A stretch of DNA of 64,000 bases from an uncultured virus (IMG/VR IMGVR_UViG_3300032085_001238) (taxonomy: Duplodnaviria > Heunggongvirae > Uroviricota > Caudoviricetes). Every line of letters starts with the position of its first letter. Within the stretch, counting starts at the first letter, position 1. The stretch lies in the IMG/VR virus record IMGVR_UViG_3300032085_001238; one strand, given 5' to 3'. Of this stretch, positions 30,290-39,977 are shown piece by piece. Position numbers and translations under genes: made by a program. The notes under the pieces are model-generated. The model was not told the DNA's origin and made no database searches. It saw only the letters and a program-made list of their open reading frames with translations.

Positions 30290-32128
30290 TTATACACTTA
30301 TACTTGTTCTATTGATAAAATAGTCTTGTAATTTTCCAAGTTGCCCACCATCTAACGCTTTTTCATAAATAGCCATTTCATATATGTTTCCTTCGAATCC
30401 CGTACTACTATTTCCAAAACCAAGTTCATTAATGGTTTGTAAAATGTTTTCATCATAATCATCACTTGTTCCTAAAGATGTTTTGTTTATAAACCACTCC
30501 ACTTGTCCAAATCCATCATCACTATTGAATGGTTTTTTTCTACAAGTTAATAAAAGTTTTGTGCCTTGTAAAATTGTACCATCTGCAGGTGTAACTGTTG
30601 TAGATACACTATTAGTCCCATCATTACCCTTTACTAAAAGGTTAGCTCTATTGGCATTAACATACAAAATCTCAATCAAATCATTTCCAGCAGTATCTTT
30701 TAGTAACACTTGACGATTCTCACTACCAAAACTAAGTGCAAAAAACAATGTAAATTCAGATAAAGCTAAACCAGTTGTAAAATCCATATGGTCTAAATTA
30801 TCACTATTTCTTTTAAATTGTAAACTATTTACTGATGCATTGTATTCAGGTTGTGCATTAGCAGTACCTTGTGTTAAATGATTATTGTTATCACTTAAAT
30901 CATCCCATTGACTAACAGCAGCTCCACTTGAAAGACTAGATAGTGTTGAAAATGAATAATATCCTTTTAAATTACCAACTGTTAATGGTAATAATGCAGT
31001 GGATGAGGCTTCTAGGTTCATTCGTGAGTGTCTGTCGTGTTTTCTTCTCTCATCTTCTAAATATAAATTATTATTTTCATTAAATATTTTTTTAGCTATT
31101 TTATGATTTAATTCATTTAAATATTTATTTTCTGGTATTTCTATCCATTGTTTCCAAGACAGTGGTTTTGGACCTTGTTTTTGTTTTGATACCTCTTTTA
31201 ACATTGAAATTAAATTATCTGTATTAAATAATTTTGATTTCATTTGTGGAACTTGTTTATAATTACTTTTAGTATTTTTAACCACCTGCTGAAATTGTTC
31301 TGCTTCTTGTAATCTTTTTTCCAAAACAGATTTGTCTTCAACTGTTTCAGATAATGAAATTACTTTATTTGAAAGTATATCCACTTCACTTTGTAATTCT
31401 GAAATTGTATCTTCTTTACTATCAATTTCTTTTTGAAATTTACCATTTTCTACAATTAAGGAATTTTCACTTTGTTGTAATTTATCACTTAACTCATTGA
31501 TTACTTCGTTACTCTTATCATTTTTTGTTTTTAACTCTTTTATTATATCAGTAACTTGTTTTATTTTTTTATTTTTTTCTTTTAATATTTGTTTCTGTTC
31601 ACTTATAAGTTGATTTTTATCTTTTATTTGGCTTTCAAAATTATTTATTTCAAATAAATATTCTTTATAAGTTTTTCTAATTTCTAACTTTAATTCTTTT
31701 TTAGAATTTTTTGAATTTTGTAATTTTGCAGCTAAACGATTTATTTTATTTTTTGCCTCTTTTAAAATATTGTTAGAGTTATTAATTATTTTATCTTTAT
31801 ATTCAAGTCTTTCATTTTTTTTGTTAATTTGTTCTTGTAAAGAATAATTTTCACTTTCAAGTTCTTCAATATCATATTTTCTTTCATTTATTTTATTTTC
31901 AAACTCTTTTTGTTTTGTAGAAAATAATCCAGTTTCAAAATTTCTAGCTTTATTTAACTCTTGTAAAAGATTAGTTTTTTCATTTTCTAAATTTACCACT
32001 TGATTTGATAAGTTGTTAGTTTCTTCCTCTAAATTTTTAATAGTCTTTTCTCTATAATCTATCTCTTGTTCATATTTGATAGTTGTTAGTTTTCCATTAA
32101 ATCTTTCTTTTAAAATATCTAAACTCAT
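30290..32128 (-). CDS. Long coiled-coil protein with C-terminal LamG/concanavalin-like domain
   Basis: About 290 aa of heptad-rich sequence; VSQWDDLSDNNNHLTQ...FEGNIYEMAIYEKAL. Confidence 0.65.
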   Translation of the reverse strand: MSLDILKERFNGKLTTIKYEQEIDYREKTIKNLEEETNNLSNQVVNLENEKTNLLQELNKARNFETGLFSTKQKEFENKINERKYDIEELESENYSLQEQINKKNERLEYKDKIINNSNNILKEAKNKINRLAAKLQNSKNSKKELKLEIRKTYKEYLFEINNFESQIKDKNQLISEQKQILKEKNKKIKQVTDIIKELKTKNDKSNEVINELSDKLQQSENSLIVENGKFQKEIDSKEDTISELQSEVDILSNKVISLSETVEDKSVLEKRLQEAEQFQQVVKNTKSNYKQVPQMKSKLFNTDNLISMLKEVSKQKQGPKPLSWKQWIEIPENKYLNELNHKIAKKIFNENNNLYLEDERRKHDRHSRMNLEASSTALLPLTVGNLKGYYSFSTLSSLSSGAAVSQWDDLSDNNNHLTQGTANAQPEYNASVNSLQFKRNSDNLDHMDFTTGLALSEFTLFFALSFGSENRQVLLKDTAGNDLIEILYVNANRANLLVKGNDGTNSVSTTVTPADGTILQGTKLLLTCRKKPFNSDDGFGQVEWFINKTSLGTSDDYDENILQTINELGFGNSSTGFEGNIYEMAIYEKALDGGQLGKLQDYFINRTSISV

Positions 32129-32601
32129 TATTTAGGCCTTTCCTCTATTTGTAACGATGATAATCTTGAACGATGTGCTGTCGCTACAATGTTATGTTTA
32201 AAGTTCGGATGTCCTCCGAATAATTTTGGTTCTGTTGTTCCATTAATTTCCCAATAGTAATCATTCCAATCCACAATATCACCATTCTCAGGATAAAAAT
32301 TCAATGAACCACTTGATAAATTTTCTCTTTGAAAGAACATTGTTATATTTGAATTTAAATCTGCTCCAAACTCGTCTTGTTCTATCGTAGGTTCAGCATA
32401 TTCAATCAAACAATTGACTCTGAATCCTATATCATAGTATTTAGCGGTTGATTCACCATACATATTATCTTCAGTTTTATCAATATTCACTTTATAAATA
32501 TCAACTGATTGTCCAATAATTTCATCAATTAATTCTTCATTCATTTGATTTAATAAATCAAATTCTTTTTGTGGTATAAAAAATGGTTTTGTTTGAGACA
32601 T
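32128..32601 (-). CDS. Neck / head-closure protein (gp14-like)
   Basis: NMYGES, PENGDIVDWNDYYWEI; synteny. Confidence 0.7.
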   Translation of the reverse strand: MSQTKPFFIPQKEFDLLNQMNEELIDEIIGQSVDIYKVNIDKTEDNMYGESTAKYYDIGFRVNCLIEYAEPTIEQDEFGADLNSNITMFFQRENLSSGSLNFYPENGDIVDWNDYYWEINGTTEPKLFGGHPNFKHNIVATAHRSRLSSLQIEERPK

Positions 32602-32605
32602 TTAA

Positions 32606-33790
32606 TTATCCTATGTATATTTTTAATGGAGCTTTATTTAATACTTCCTGTTGAGCATTTGCAACTTCTTGTTCTGTAATTGCTTGTTCTTTTTTACTAA
32701 CAGCTTCTAAGAAATTATTTAATTCTTCTAATAAATTTGCTTTCTCTTCTCTACCTTCTGCCTTTAAAGCTTCACCATCCATAGAGACTTCTCCATTTGG
32801 TAATGGTAATGAAGCATATTTACTTCTAATAATTCCTAATAATTCTTTTGACAATGCTAAAGTATATTTTCTAATCCAATTTCTACCCATTGAATTTATT
32901 TCATTATATACAATAAATTTATATGGTATGTTTGATGGGTCAGATACTTTACCACTTGTCTTAGTTTGAGTAACATCCGTCATATCTTCTCGTCTATAAT
33001 AATGAAAATATATTTTATCACCAGCATCTTTTGATGTAGGTTTTGGAAATATCCTCATTTTATTATTTACTAATTCAAATGAATATGCAGATTTTCTAAT
33101 CAAGTCATTTGTTTCAATCGCATTAGCTCTAGCCAAATCATATGATATTGGTCTTAATATGTAAGACACTGCTGGTGATACACTACCAAATCCAAAAGAA
33201 TCTAATAATTCAATGTTATCATAAGTTCCAGCAAAAGGGTCATAAAATTTAGATATTGCAGCGGGTGCTTGATTAAATACTCTTTGAACCACCATTGGAT
33301 TTGTAGTTGTAACACTTGACTCTAAATTAGCCTCACTTGGTAAATCATAAACTTGTTGAGATGATGTAATGGTTATTGAACCTGTAAACATTGTAGTGTT
33401 TCCTCCAACATTTACAGCTTGTCCGTATTGTTCTGCTAAGGTAAATAAAGACATTCCACCCACAGGAGTTTCAGCTTGATGTGAACCTGTTGAACTCATT
33501 CCAGTGGTGGTATCAGTATTTCCGTAATGTTCCCACATCCAATTCTTTGTATTGTAATGATTGATTTGTTGTGAATATTCTGATACTGCTTCTTCTAAAC
33601 AAGCATATATAGAACCACTATTAAATTCAAGTTGCATAACTGGATGTCCAAGTTTTGTTGCAACATATTTACAAACCGTTAAACTATCGGTTTGAAATTC
33701 TGAATCTGCATCGTAAATTCCGTGTGGTGTAGAACCAGTTACTTGTAAAGTTGCTGTTGGGTCTTCATATAAAAATTGAAATTTTGACAT
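32606..33790 (-). CDS. Neck protein (gp13-like)
   Basis: KLGHPVMQLE, WIRKYTLALSKELLGIIRSKY; start moved to ATG 33790 behind a GGAGA RBS. Confidence 0.75.
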   Translation of the reverse strand: MSKFQFLYEDPTATLQVTGSTPHGIYDADSEFQTDSLTVCKYVATKLGHPVMQLEFNSGSIYACLEEAVSEYSQQINHYNTKNWMWEHYGNTDTTTGMSSTGSHQAETPVGGMSLFTLAEQYGQAVNVGGNTTMFTGSITITSSQQVYDLPSEANLESSVTTTNPMVVQRVFNQAPAAISKFYDPFAGTYDNIELLDSFGFGSVSPAVSYILRPISYDLARANAIETNDLIRKSAYSFELVNNKMRIFPKPTSKDAGDKIYFHYYRREDMTDVTQTKTSGKVSDPSNIPYKFIVYNEINSMGRNWIRKYTLALSKELLGIIRSKYASLPLPNGEVSMDGEALKAEGREEKANLLEELNNFLEAVSKKEQAITEQEVANAQQEVLNKAPLKIYIG

Positions 33791-33841
33791 TAATTTCTCC
33801 AAAATGGGTATAATTGTTCATATATAAATATCAATTAAAAC

Positions 33842-33873
33842 AAAAAAGGGTAAGAAATAAATCTTACCCTTTT
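33842..33873 (-). terminator. Intrinsic terminator
   Basis: AAAAGGGTAAGA/TCTTACCCTTTT 12-bp stem. Confidence 0.8.
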
Positions 33874-33903
33874 AAGTTGTTTAATAATATAAAATACTAT
33901 TAA

Positions 33904-34410
33904 TTATGTAGCTGTTGGTGTATCGTTTAAATCACCTTTAATATACCACTCAGTACCATCAGTAACACATTCAAGTTGTTCTCCAAGAACACAGTTTGCA
34001 AGAGTAATAGCTTGTTTACTATCAAAACTTGTTCTAGCTAATGTTGTACCATTAGTATTATCCAAACCAGTATAATTCAATAATGAAGTTCCAGCTGAAG
34101 ATGATATAACATGCGCGTGTGCTGTAGCGAATACCAGTTTGAAATTAAGTCCTGCTTCTACAACTGGTAATGTTATTACTCTAGCACCACCACCTACAAA
34201 TACTGTAGCACCTGATTGAGCCGCTGTTAGTGTTACACTAGCTCCAGTAGCACTACCAACGATTTGATTTTTAGCACCAGTTAGTGTTCCACCACCTGAC
34301 AACGTTGCATCACCTGTTATTGTAACAGCACCATCAATTTTCCCACCATCTCTTAACGATACTTCACTTTCTCTGTTGGTAATTTTATATTTACCTATTC
34401 TTTTTGCCAT
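33904..34410 (-). CDS. Putative capsid decoration / structural protein
   Basis: Ala/Thr/Gly-rich, beta-rich; directly downstream of the MCP gene; own late motif. Confidence 0.55.
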   Translation of the reverse strand: MAKRIGKYKITNRESEVSLRDGGKIDGAVTITGDATLSGGGTLTGAKNQIVGSATGASVTLTAAQSGATVFVGGGARVITLPVVEAGLNFKLVFATAHAHVISSSAGTSLLNYTGLDNTNGTTLARTSFDSKQAITLANCVLGEQLECVTDGTEWYIKGDLNDTPTAT

Positions 34411-34537
34411 TTTTATTTCTCCTAATGTTGAGTCACTACTCTCAGGATTGTTAATTTTTTTTATACTAACCTTGTTTAGTGACTACTTAGGCTAGTAAAT
34501 TACATTTTATAATTCATATATAAATATCAAATATATA

Positions 34538-34570
34538 TGAAAAACCCCCACAAAAAGTAGGGGTTTTTCA
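34538..34570 (-). terminator. Intrinsic terminator after the major capsid gene
   Basis: TGAAAAACCCC/GGGGTTTTTCA stem. Confidence 0.8.
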
Positions 34571-34618
34571 ACTAAGTTAACCTCCTTATATTAAGAGGTT
34601 AGTAAAGAATTAATTAAC

Positions 34619-36349
34619 TTATACTAAGTTTAAGTCTTTACAATTAATTGTACCATAAAACTCTGGTCTAATCATTTTCTTAGCATATCGAGTCATTACA
34701 CCTTTTCTTGGTGTGAAATCCTCAGGGTCATATACTAATGGAGTCATAATTAGTGGTACATATGGTGAGTATACCGCACCAGTTTCTAAGAAATTACTTC
34801 CTCTGAAACCAACAAGTATTTTGTTCTCAGTCATATATGGGTTTTTGTAAACAGTGAATCTATTATTCATAGTTCCTGCTACTTGAACACCAGCAGCAAA
34901 CTGAGATTTATTCCCATCTGTACTTACCATGTATCCAGGTATTGATTCTAAGATTGTTGCAACAGTCGGAGAAACAACTACGAAGTTAGCACCACCTCTA
35001 AGAGTTAATCTTTGGATTTCGTTAGAAACCTTTTGGATTTTACCCAATAGAGTTTGATACCATTCATATCTTGTTCCATAGAATGTTGTAATAGCCCATG
35101 CACTTTCATCAGTACCTGTTCCATTATAATCTTCACCAGGAGTTGCAGACCAAAACTCTTCTGTTACTGCATCACCAATTAACATATCAAGTATTTCTAA
35201 ATCAATTTCCATTGAAATGTACTCACTTAACATTGAAGTTAATTCAGCTTCAGCGTCAACAGAATGATAAGCATTTAAGTCTTGAGCTAACTCAGGAGAC
35301 CATACAGCTTTCAGTTTTCTTGTTTTCGCAACGATAGCTTGAGACTTCAATTGTAAGTCAACTTGAGGTATGTTAAGGTTACTATTATCATCAGCAACAC
35401 CAACTGTATCTTCAAAATCACCTCTATCAGATTCAGTAGGTTGTAATGGTATGTTCACTTTAATTGATTCATTCAATGTAGCAGCTGATTGAGATACAAT
35501 CATTGTTACATTACCAGTTGCAGAATCAAATGTTGTGAATTGTGGGAACTGTTTTTTAACATTAGCTGAACCAGAAACAATTTTAACTGCTCTAAATGCT
35601 TTTGTATCAAATTTAGCATCTAATGCAACAGCATCAAAAGTAACTTTTAATAAGCTACCTTGTGCTAATGAAGCAGAATGTTCTTGACTGAAGTTAATAT
35701 CTTTATAAGTTGCTGAAGCAGTTGAAGCTGCAGTTCCAGTTTCTGAAGCAACATCAACTAAACCAACAGTTACAGCATTATTCTCTTTAATATTAATAGA
35801 ATAATCATATCTACCTTCACCATACAAACCACCAACACCATACGGAGCAGATGAACCGATTGGAGAGTTAGGACCTGATTTACCAGCTAATGATTCAACT
35901 TCACCACCTGGAACAACAGACCTATTAACACCACCAGCAGTAGTTGCAGTATTAGCATTACCAAAGTTACTTAATGATGTTCCATATTTGAAATCAAGAT
36001 AGAACACTAGACCGGATGGTAAGTTCATTGGTTGAACAGATACAAAGTCTTGAGCTGCAATCTCACCAAAGATTCTACGAACCAATGGTAATGCAACACC
36101 AGACCATTCTTCTGAACCAGCCGTACCAGCAGTACCACTACCAGCACCTCCACCAGTTGCAGAGTTTTCTTGGATTAACTGTTTTGCTTGGTTTTCAAGC
36201 ATTACAGCCATTCCATTTTTTTGAAAATCCTCATTCAAACCATCAAGAAGACCCGTTTTGTCCCATTTACTAACGAGACCTTTCGTTTCATCTTGTTGTT
36301 TTTTATAAGGAGAAGCGTCTAATAACGCTTCGTTAACATAATTTGACAT
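34619..36349 (-). CDS. Major capsid protein (gp23-like)
   Basis: VQPMNLPSGLVF, KTRKLKAVWSPELAQDLNAYH, YSPYVPL, PRKGVMTRY. Confidence 0.97.
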   Translation of the reverse strand: MSNYVNEALLDASPYKKQQDETKGLVSKWDKTGLLDGLNEDFQKNGMAVMLENQAKQLIQENSATGGGAGSGTAGTAGSEEWSGVALPLVRRIFGEIAAQDFVSVQPMNLPSGLVFYLDFKYGTSLSNFGNANTATTAGGVNRSVVPGGEVESLAGKSGPNSPIGSSAPYGVGGLYGEGRYDYSINIKENNAVTVGLVDVASETGTAASTASATYKDINFSQEHSASLAQGSLLKVTFDAVALDAKFDTKAFRAVKIVSGSANVKKQFPQFTTFDSATGNVTMIVSQSAATLNESIKVNIPLQPTESDRGDFEDTVGVADDNSNLNIPQVDLQLKSQAIVAKTRKLKAVWSPELAQDLNAYHSVDAEAELTSMLSEYISMEIDLEILDMLIGDAVTEEFWSATPGEDYNGTGTDESAWAITTFYGTRYEWYQTLLGKIQKVSNEIQRLTLRGGANFVVVSPTVATILESIPGYMVSTDGNKSQFAAGVQVAGTMNNRFTVYKNPYMTENKILVGFRGSNFLETGAVYSPYVPLIMTPLVYDPEDFTPRKGVMTRYAKKMIRPEFYGTINCKDLNLV

Positions 36350-36366
36350 TATATTTATCTCCTAAG

Positions 36367-37407
36367 TTATTTAACTAAACCAGCAAGTTTTTTGAACCTG
36401 TTAGCAACTTGAACCTCTTCAGAAATCACTTTACGAGATTCTGTAGATGGTTTAGTTGATGCAACAGGAGCACTAGCTGATTCACTAATTGATTTTTTTG
36501 TTACGATTGAACTATTATCACCAAACTGTTCTGCAAGTGTAGAATAAACAAGTTTAATCTCTCTTGTAGTTTGAGCTCTGTCAAATGTTTCAACCACTTT
36601 AAGTTTTTGATTGTTATCTAATGAATAAGATTTAAATAATTTATTAGTAAATAACAATTTAGCATTCAGAATGTTAACTTCGTGAAGTTTGTCTTTCAAG
36701 AAATGAACTGCTTCTTTGTACTCTTTTAATTCAGCTTCTAAAGAAGATTCTTTCATACCAGTTTTACCTTTACCGATACCTGATGATACATCAGTATTAT
36801 CTTCTTTATTGTCACCTTTACCAATTCCAGATGATTTGTCAAGTTCTTCATCGACTTCGTCTTTGTCGTCCTCGTCATCTTCTTCAGTAAGAGCAGCTTC
36901 ATCGATTTCATACTCTTCTTCAACAGTTTCTTCAGATTCATGCATACCTTCTTCAGCTTCATCTTCATCATCGTCTTCAGTTAATTCAGACTCTAACTCT
37001 TTAATGATAGCTTCTAAGTCAAGATTGCTTTCATCCATTTCTTCATCTTCGTCATGCATTCCTTCTTCAGCGTCGTCGTGCTCGCCTTCGTCATGCATAC
37101 CTTCTTCACGTTCATCACCTTCTTCAGCTTCGTCATCGTGTTCACCTTCCATAGGTGCACGCATTTCTTCAGCTTCATCATCGTGTTCACCTTCTTCACG
37201 CTCTTCACCTTCTTCATGCTCACCTTCTTCTTTTTCATCATGACCAAATTCTTCAACTTCGTCATCTTCTTCTTCTTTAAGTTTAGCAGAAAGCATAGAT
37301 TTGATTTGGGGTGTGAATGCTTCTTCTAAAGCCATTTTAGCATTTTCTAACGCAGTTTCTCTAACTGCTTTAGCATCTGCTATAGCTTCTTTTAAAATAT
37401 CTCCCAT
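36367..37407 (-). CDS. Prohead core / scaffold protein (gp22-like)
   Basis: Very acidic with EGxHDD repeats; EVNILNAKLLF; start moved to ATG 37407 behind a GAGGAG RBS. Confidence 0.85.
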   Translation of the reverse strand: MGDILKEAIADAKAVRETALENAKMALEEAFTPQIKSMLSAKLKEEEDDEVEEFGHDEKEEGEHEEGEEREEGEHDDEAEEMRAPMEGEHDDEAEEGDEREEGMHDEGEHDDAEEGMHDEDEEMDESNLDLEAIIKELESELTEDDDEDEAEEGMHESEETVEEEYEIDEAALTEEDDEDDKDEVDEELDKSSGIGKGDNKEDNTDVSSGIGKGKTGMKESSLEAELKEYKEAVHFLKDKLHEVNILNAKLLFTNKLFKSYSLDNNQKLKVVETFDRAQTTREIKLVYSTLAEQFGDNSSIVTKKSISESASAPVASTKPSTESRKVISEEVQVANRFKKLAGLVK

Positions 37408-37542
37408 GATATTTCTCCTCAATGTATTTTTTGGAATAAGTTTATTTGGAAACTTAATAAATGTTAAGTTATATTTAGACACCGTAAAAGGGTAGACGGT
37501 GTATTGTGTCTTTCGGTAATAAATATTAAAAATTAATAAAAA

Positions 37543-38061
37543 TCACAACAATTTTTTATGTTTTTTTATGCCTAATCGTTTAAAGTCTTCTGTAAGAAAG
37601 TTATCGTACCATTTAGTCTTTTTCAATTTATTACTAGCTTCAAACAAATCTTTCTTTTTAGCTAAATTATACAATACACAAGGTGCTTTCTTTCTTGTTT
37701 TTAATCCTGCAACTTTAAAATCTTCAAATGGTGAAAACATCAATAACTTAATATCTTTCATATTATTTTCTTTTAATTGTTCATTTATGAATTTTTGATA
37801 TGATTGTCTTTTTATTGTTTTCATATCATCACCAATATGTAGAATCAGTCCAGTCTTGAAATCAGATTCATTCCATTCTTGAATCATTTCAATAAGTGAT
37901 TTGTCCATATTAGAATTATACACCATAAACTTTATATTGCCAGTTTGTAAATCTCCTTGTATGAAAGGACATATTGGCATATTGTTAAATGTGGGATTTG
38001 GTGTCTGTAAAAAATCTAAATATTCAAATAATTTGTCTATTATTTCATTATGAGTATTAAT
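37543..38061 (-). CDS. Hypothetical protein (PxCPF motif), probable non-ATG start
   Basis: Frame is open 39 codons upstream of ATG 37980; an ATT at 38061 overlaps the bS21 stop. Confidence 0.55.
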   Translation of the reverse strand: MNTHNEIIDKLFEYLDFLQTPNPTFNNMPICPFIQGDLQTGNIKFMVYNSNMDKSLIEMIQEWNESDFKTGLILHIGDDMKTIKRQSYQKFINEQLKENNMKDIKLLMFSPFEDFKVAGLKTRKKAPCVLYNLAKKKDLFEASNKLKKTKWYDNFLTEDFKRLGIKKHKKLL

Positions 38062-38305
38062 AGTCTTCTTTCTCTTTTTGAACTTGATATTGATTTCTTA
38101 GTTTGGCAAGATTTCTTTTTTCTCTTTTGACTCTTGAGGGTTTTTCAAAGTATTCTTTTTTTCTTAAATCTATGAACAAATTACTATCCTTTACTTTTCT
38201 TTTAAGTATTCTCATAGCTTTTTCTACTTCATTGTTATATACTTCTACTTGTAATCCTTGTAACTGTTTTTTAGGCTTTCTCCTAAAATTTTTTCTTTTT
38301 TTCAT
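38057..38305 (-). CDS. rpsU: Ribosomal protein bS21 homolog
   Basis: VEKAMRILKRKV...LRKKEYFEKPSRVKR. Confidence 0.85.
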   Translation of the reverse strand: MKKRKNFRRKPKKQLQGLQVEVYNNEVEKAMRILKRKVKDSNLFIDLRKKEYFEKPSRVKREKRNLAKLRNQYQVQKEKEDY

Positions 38306-38306
38306 A

Positions 38307-39977
38307 TTAACCTCTTGGATTTAGTTTGTTTTTCATTAAAAATTCTACTGCTTTATTGTATTCCTTCTTAGGAACATTTAATTCTATATCATTACCTTTT
38401 TGTTTAAATTTTGGTAAACTTTTAAATGGATATTTTTTCATCGCTTTTTGTAGTTTTGACATATCTTTTTTATTTAACAAAATTTTCATCAGTTTTTGTT
38501 CTGAAAGTTTTTCTTCATTAACTCCTGCACCAAGTTCATTCTTTATAGCTTGTGTGACTAATGTTACTTGGACTTTATCATTTTGACTATGGAATTGTTT
38601 TAATTTCTTTTGAATTAATTTACTATTAAAGTTCTTTGGAAAATACTTTTTGAAGTTTTTATAATTTACATTATCTGGTGAATATGACATAGCTCTTATG
38701 ATAGCAAGAATTGAACTACCAACTCTATTCAAATGAGATTTATTATTCACATCAAAATTCTTAATTTTTGATTTAAGATTTCTAACTATTTCTCTAACAA
38801 GAATGAATAGTATTTTTCTATCACTACCAGTTATAGCTTCATTCAATTGTTCTTTGATGATTTCTCTAATTTGTTCTCTTAATTTTTGTTCTGATGTAAG
38901 TTTTCCTTCATATACTTTTTTATTTTGTTGAAGGTTTTTGAATAATTTATTTTGTTTATCATCAATTGTTTTATACTTCTTTGGATTTTCATTAAAATCC
39001 ACAAGAGCATAATTTAACATCTTCATCCATTTAGTATCACTATGTTTTTTACGAAAATCAGATAGCATCTTAAAAAACTTATTCTTATCTTTCTTAGCTT
39101 TTTTGTAAAAATAAAAAACATTTACTCCAGCAGAAACTTCTGTAAGTTTTCCTTCAGTCATTTGTTCTGATTTAGATTTCAAAAACTCAGTAGCCAAATA
39201 TCTTTCTCTTCCGTATTGAGCTTTTGTCCATTTCTTACTCATTGATTTAGGCATTTCACTCAATTCAACACCTTCGTTATTCACCATCCAAGCAACTCTA
39301 CGAGCGTCTGAATTATATACTTTCTTATAACGATTTTCTTCTAATTTTTTCATCCACATTCTTACTTCTTTGACGGTAAATCTTCTTTTCTTAGATTCTT
39401 GAATTGATTCATCAAACTCACCATCCATAGCTTTTTGTTCAATATTATCCATCATTTCTTGAGCTTCAGCATCTAATTCTTTTATCTTATTAGTAGTTCC
39501 TTCTGGCGCTCTACCATCATTATTAAAAATTGATAGGCCAATATCAGATGCTCTTTTTTGTAAATCTTTTAATTTATCTACATATTCTTCAGGTATATTA
39601 CCTTCATTATCATCTATAAATTCACCAACTCGGTTATGAGTTTGTTCAGCCTTTTCACCTACCTTAGTATCACCACCTAAAAATGATGGTTTATCTGGTA
39701 CCAATGAGTCTGGTTTTTCTTTTTCTTTTTTAGAAAATGGATTTAATTTAGATAATTTAGAAAGAAACCCTTTTTTCTTTTTTGATTTATCATCAGTAGG
39801 AGTTTTAGCAACCATATCTTTTGCTTTTTTGTTCGCAGGATGTTCATCAGGTAATTGTAAAGCAGTTCTTACTTTAATCATATTTCCTGTTTTAGGATTT
39901 TTGATTTCTTTGTCCATTATGTCTTCCACAATGGCCTGTCTGATTAATTCTTTAAGCTGACTCTTCTTGATTTTCAC
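38307..39977 (-). CDS. Modular putative internal head protein
   Basis: N-terminal KSQLKELIRQAIVE; modules separated by EGKLTE/EEKLSE linkers. Confidence 0.6.
   Translation of the reverse strand: MKIKKSQLKELIRQAIVEDIMDKEIKNPKTGNMIKVRTALQLPDEHPANKKAKDMVAKTPTDDKSKKKKGFLSKLSKLNPFSKKEKEKPDSLVPDKPSFLGGDTKVGEKAEQTHNRVGEFIDDNEGNIPEEYVDKLKDLQKRASDIGLSIFNNDGRAPEGTTNKIKELDAEAQEMMDNIEQKAMDGEFDESIQESKKRRFTVKEVRMWMKKLEENRYKKVYNSDARRVAWMVNNEGVELSEMPKSMSKKWTKAQYGRERYLATEFLKSKSEQMTEGKLTEVSAGVNVFYFYKKAKKDKNKFFKMLSDFRKKHSDTKWMKMLNYALVDFNENPKKYKTIDDKQNKLFKNLQQNKKVYEGKLTSEQKLREQIREIIKEQLNEAITGSDRKILFILVREIVRNLKSKIKNFDVNNKSHLNRVGSSILAIIRAMSYSPDNVNYKNFKKYFPKNFNSKLIQKKLKQFHSQNDKVQVTLVTQAIKNELGAGVNEEKLSEQKLMKILLNKKDMSKLQKAMKKYPFKSLPKFKQKGNDIELNVPKKEYNKAVEFLMKNKLNPRG

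Noticed and set aside
36716..37329. Tandem repeats / Ser-rich antisense ORF as a CRISPR or repeat array
   Set aside because: These are codon repeats of the acidic EGxHDD segment of the scaffold protein; there is no repeat-spacer structure.
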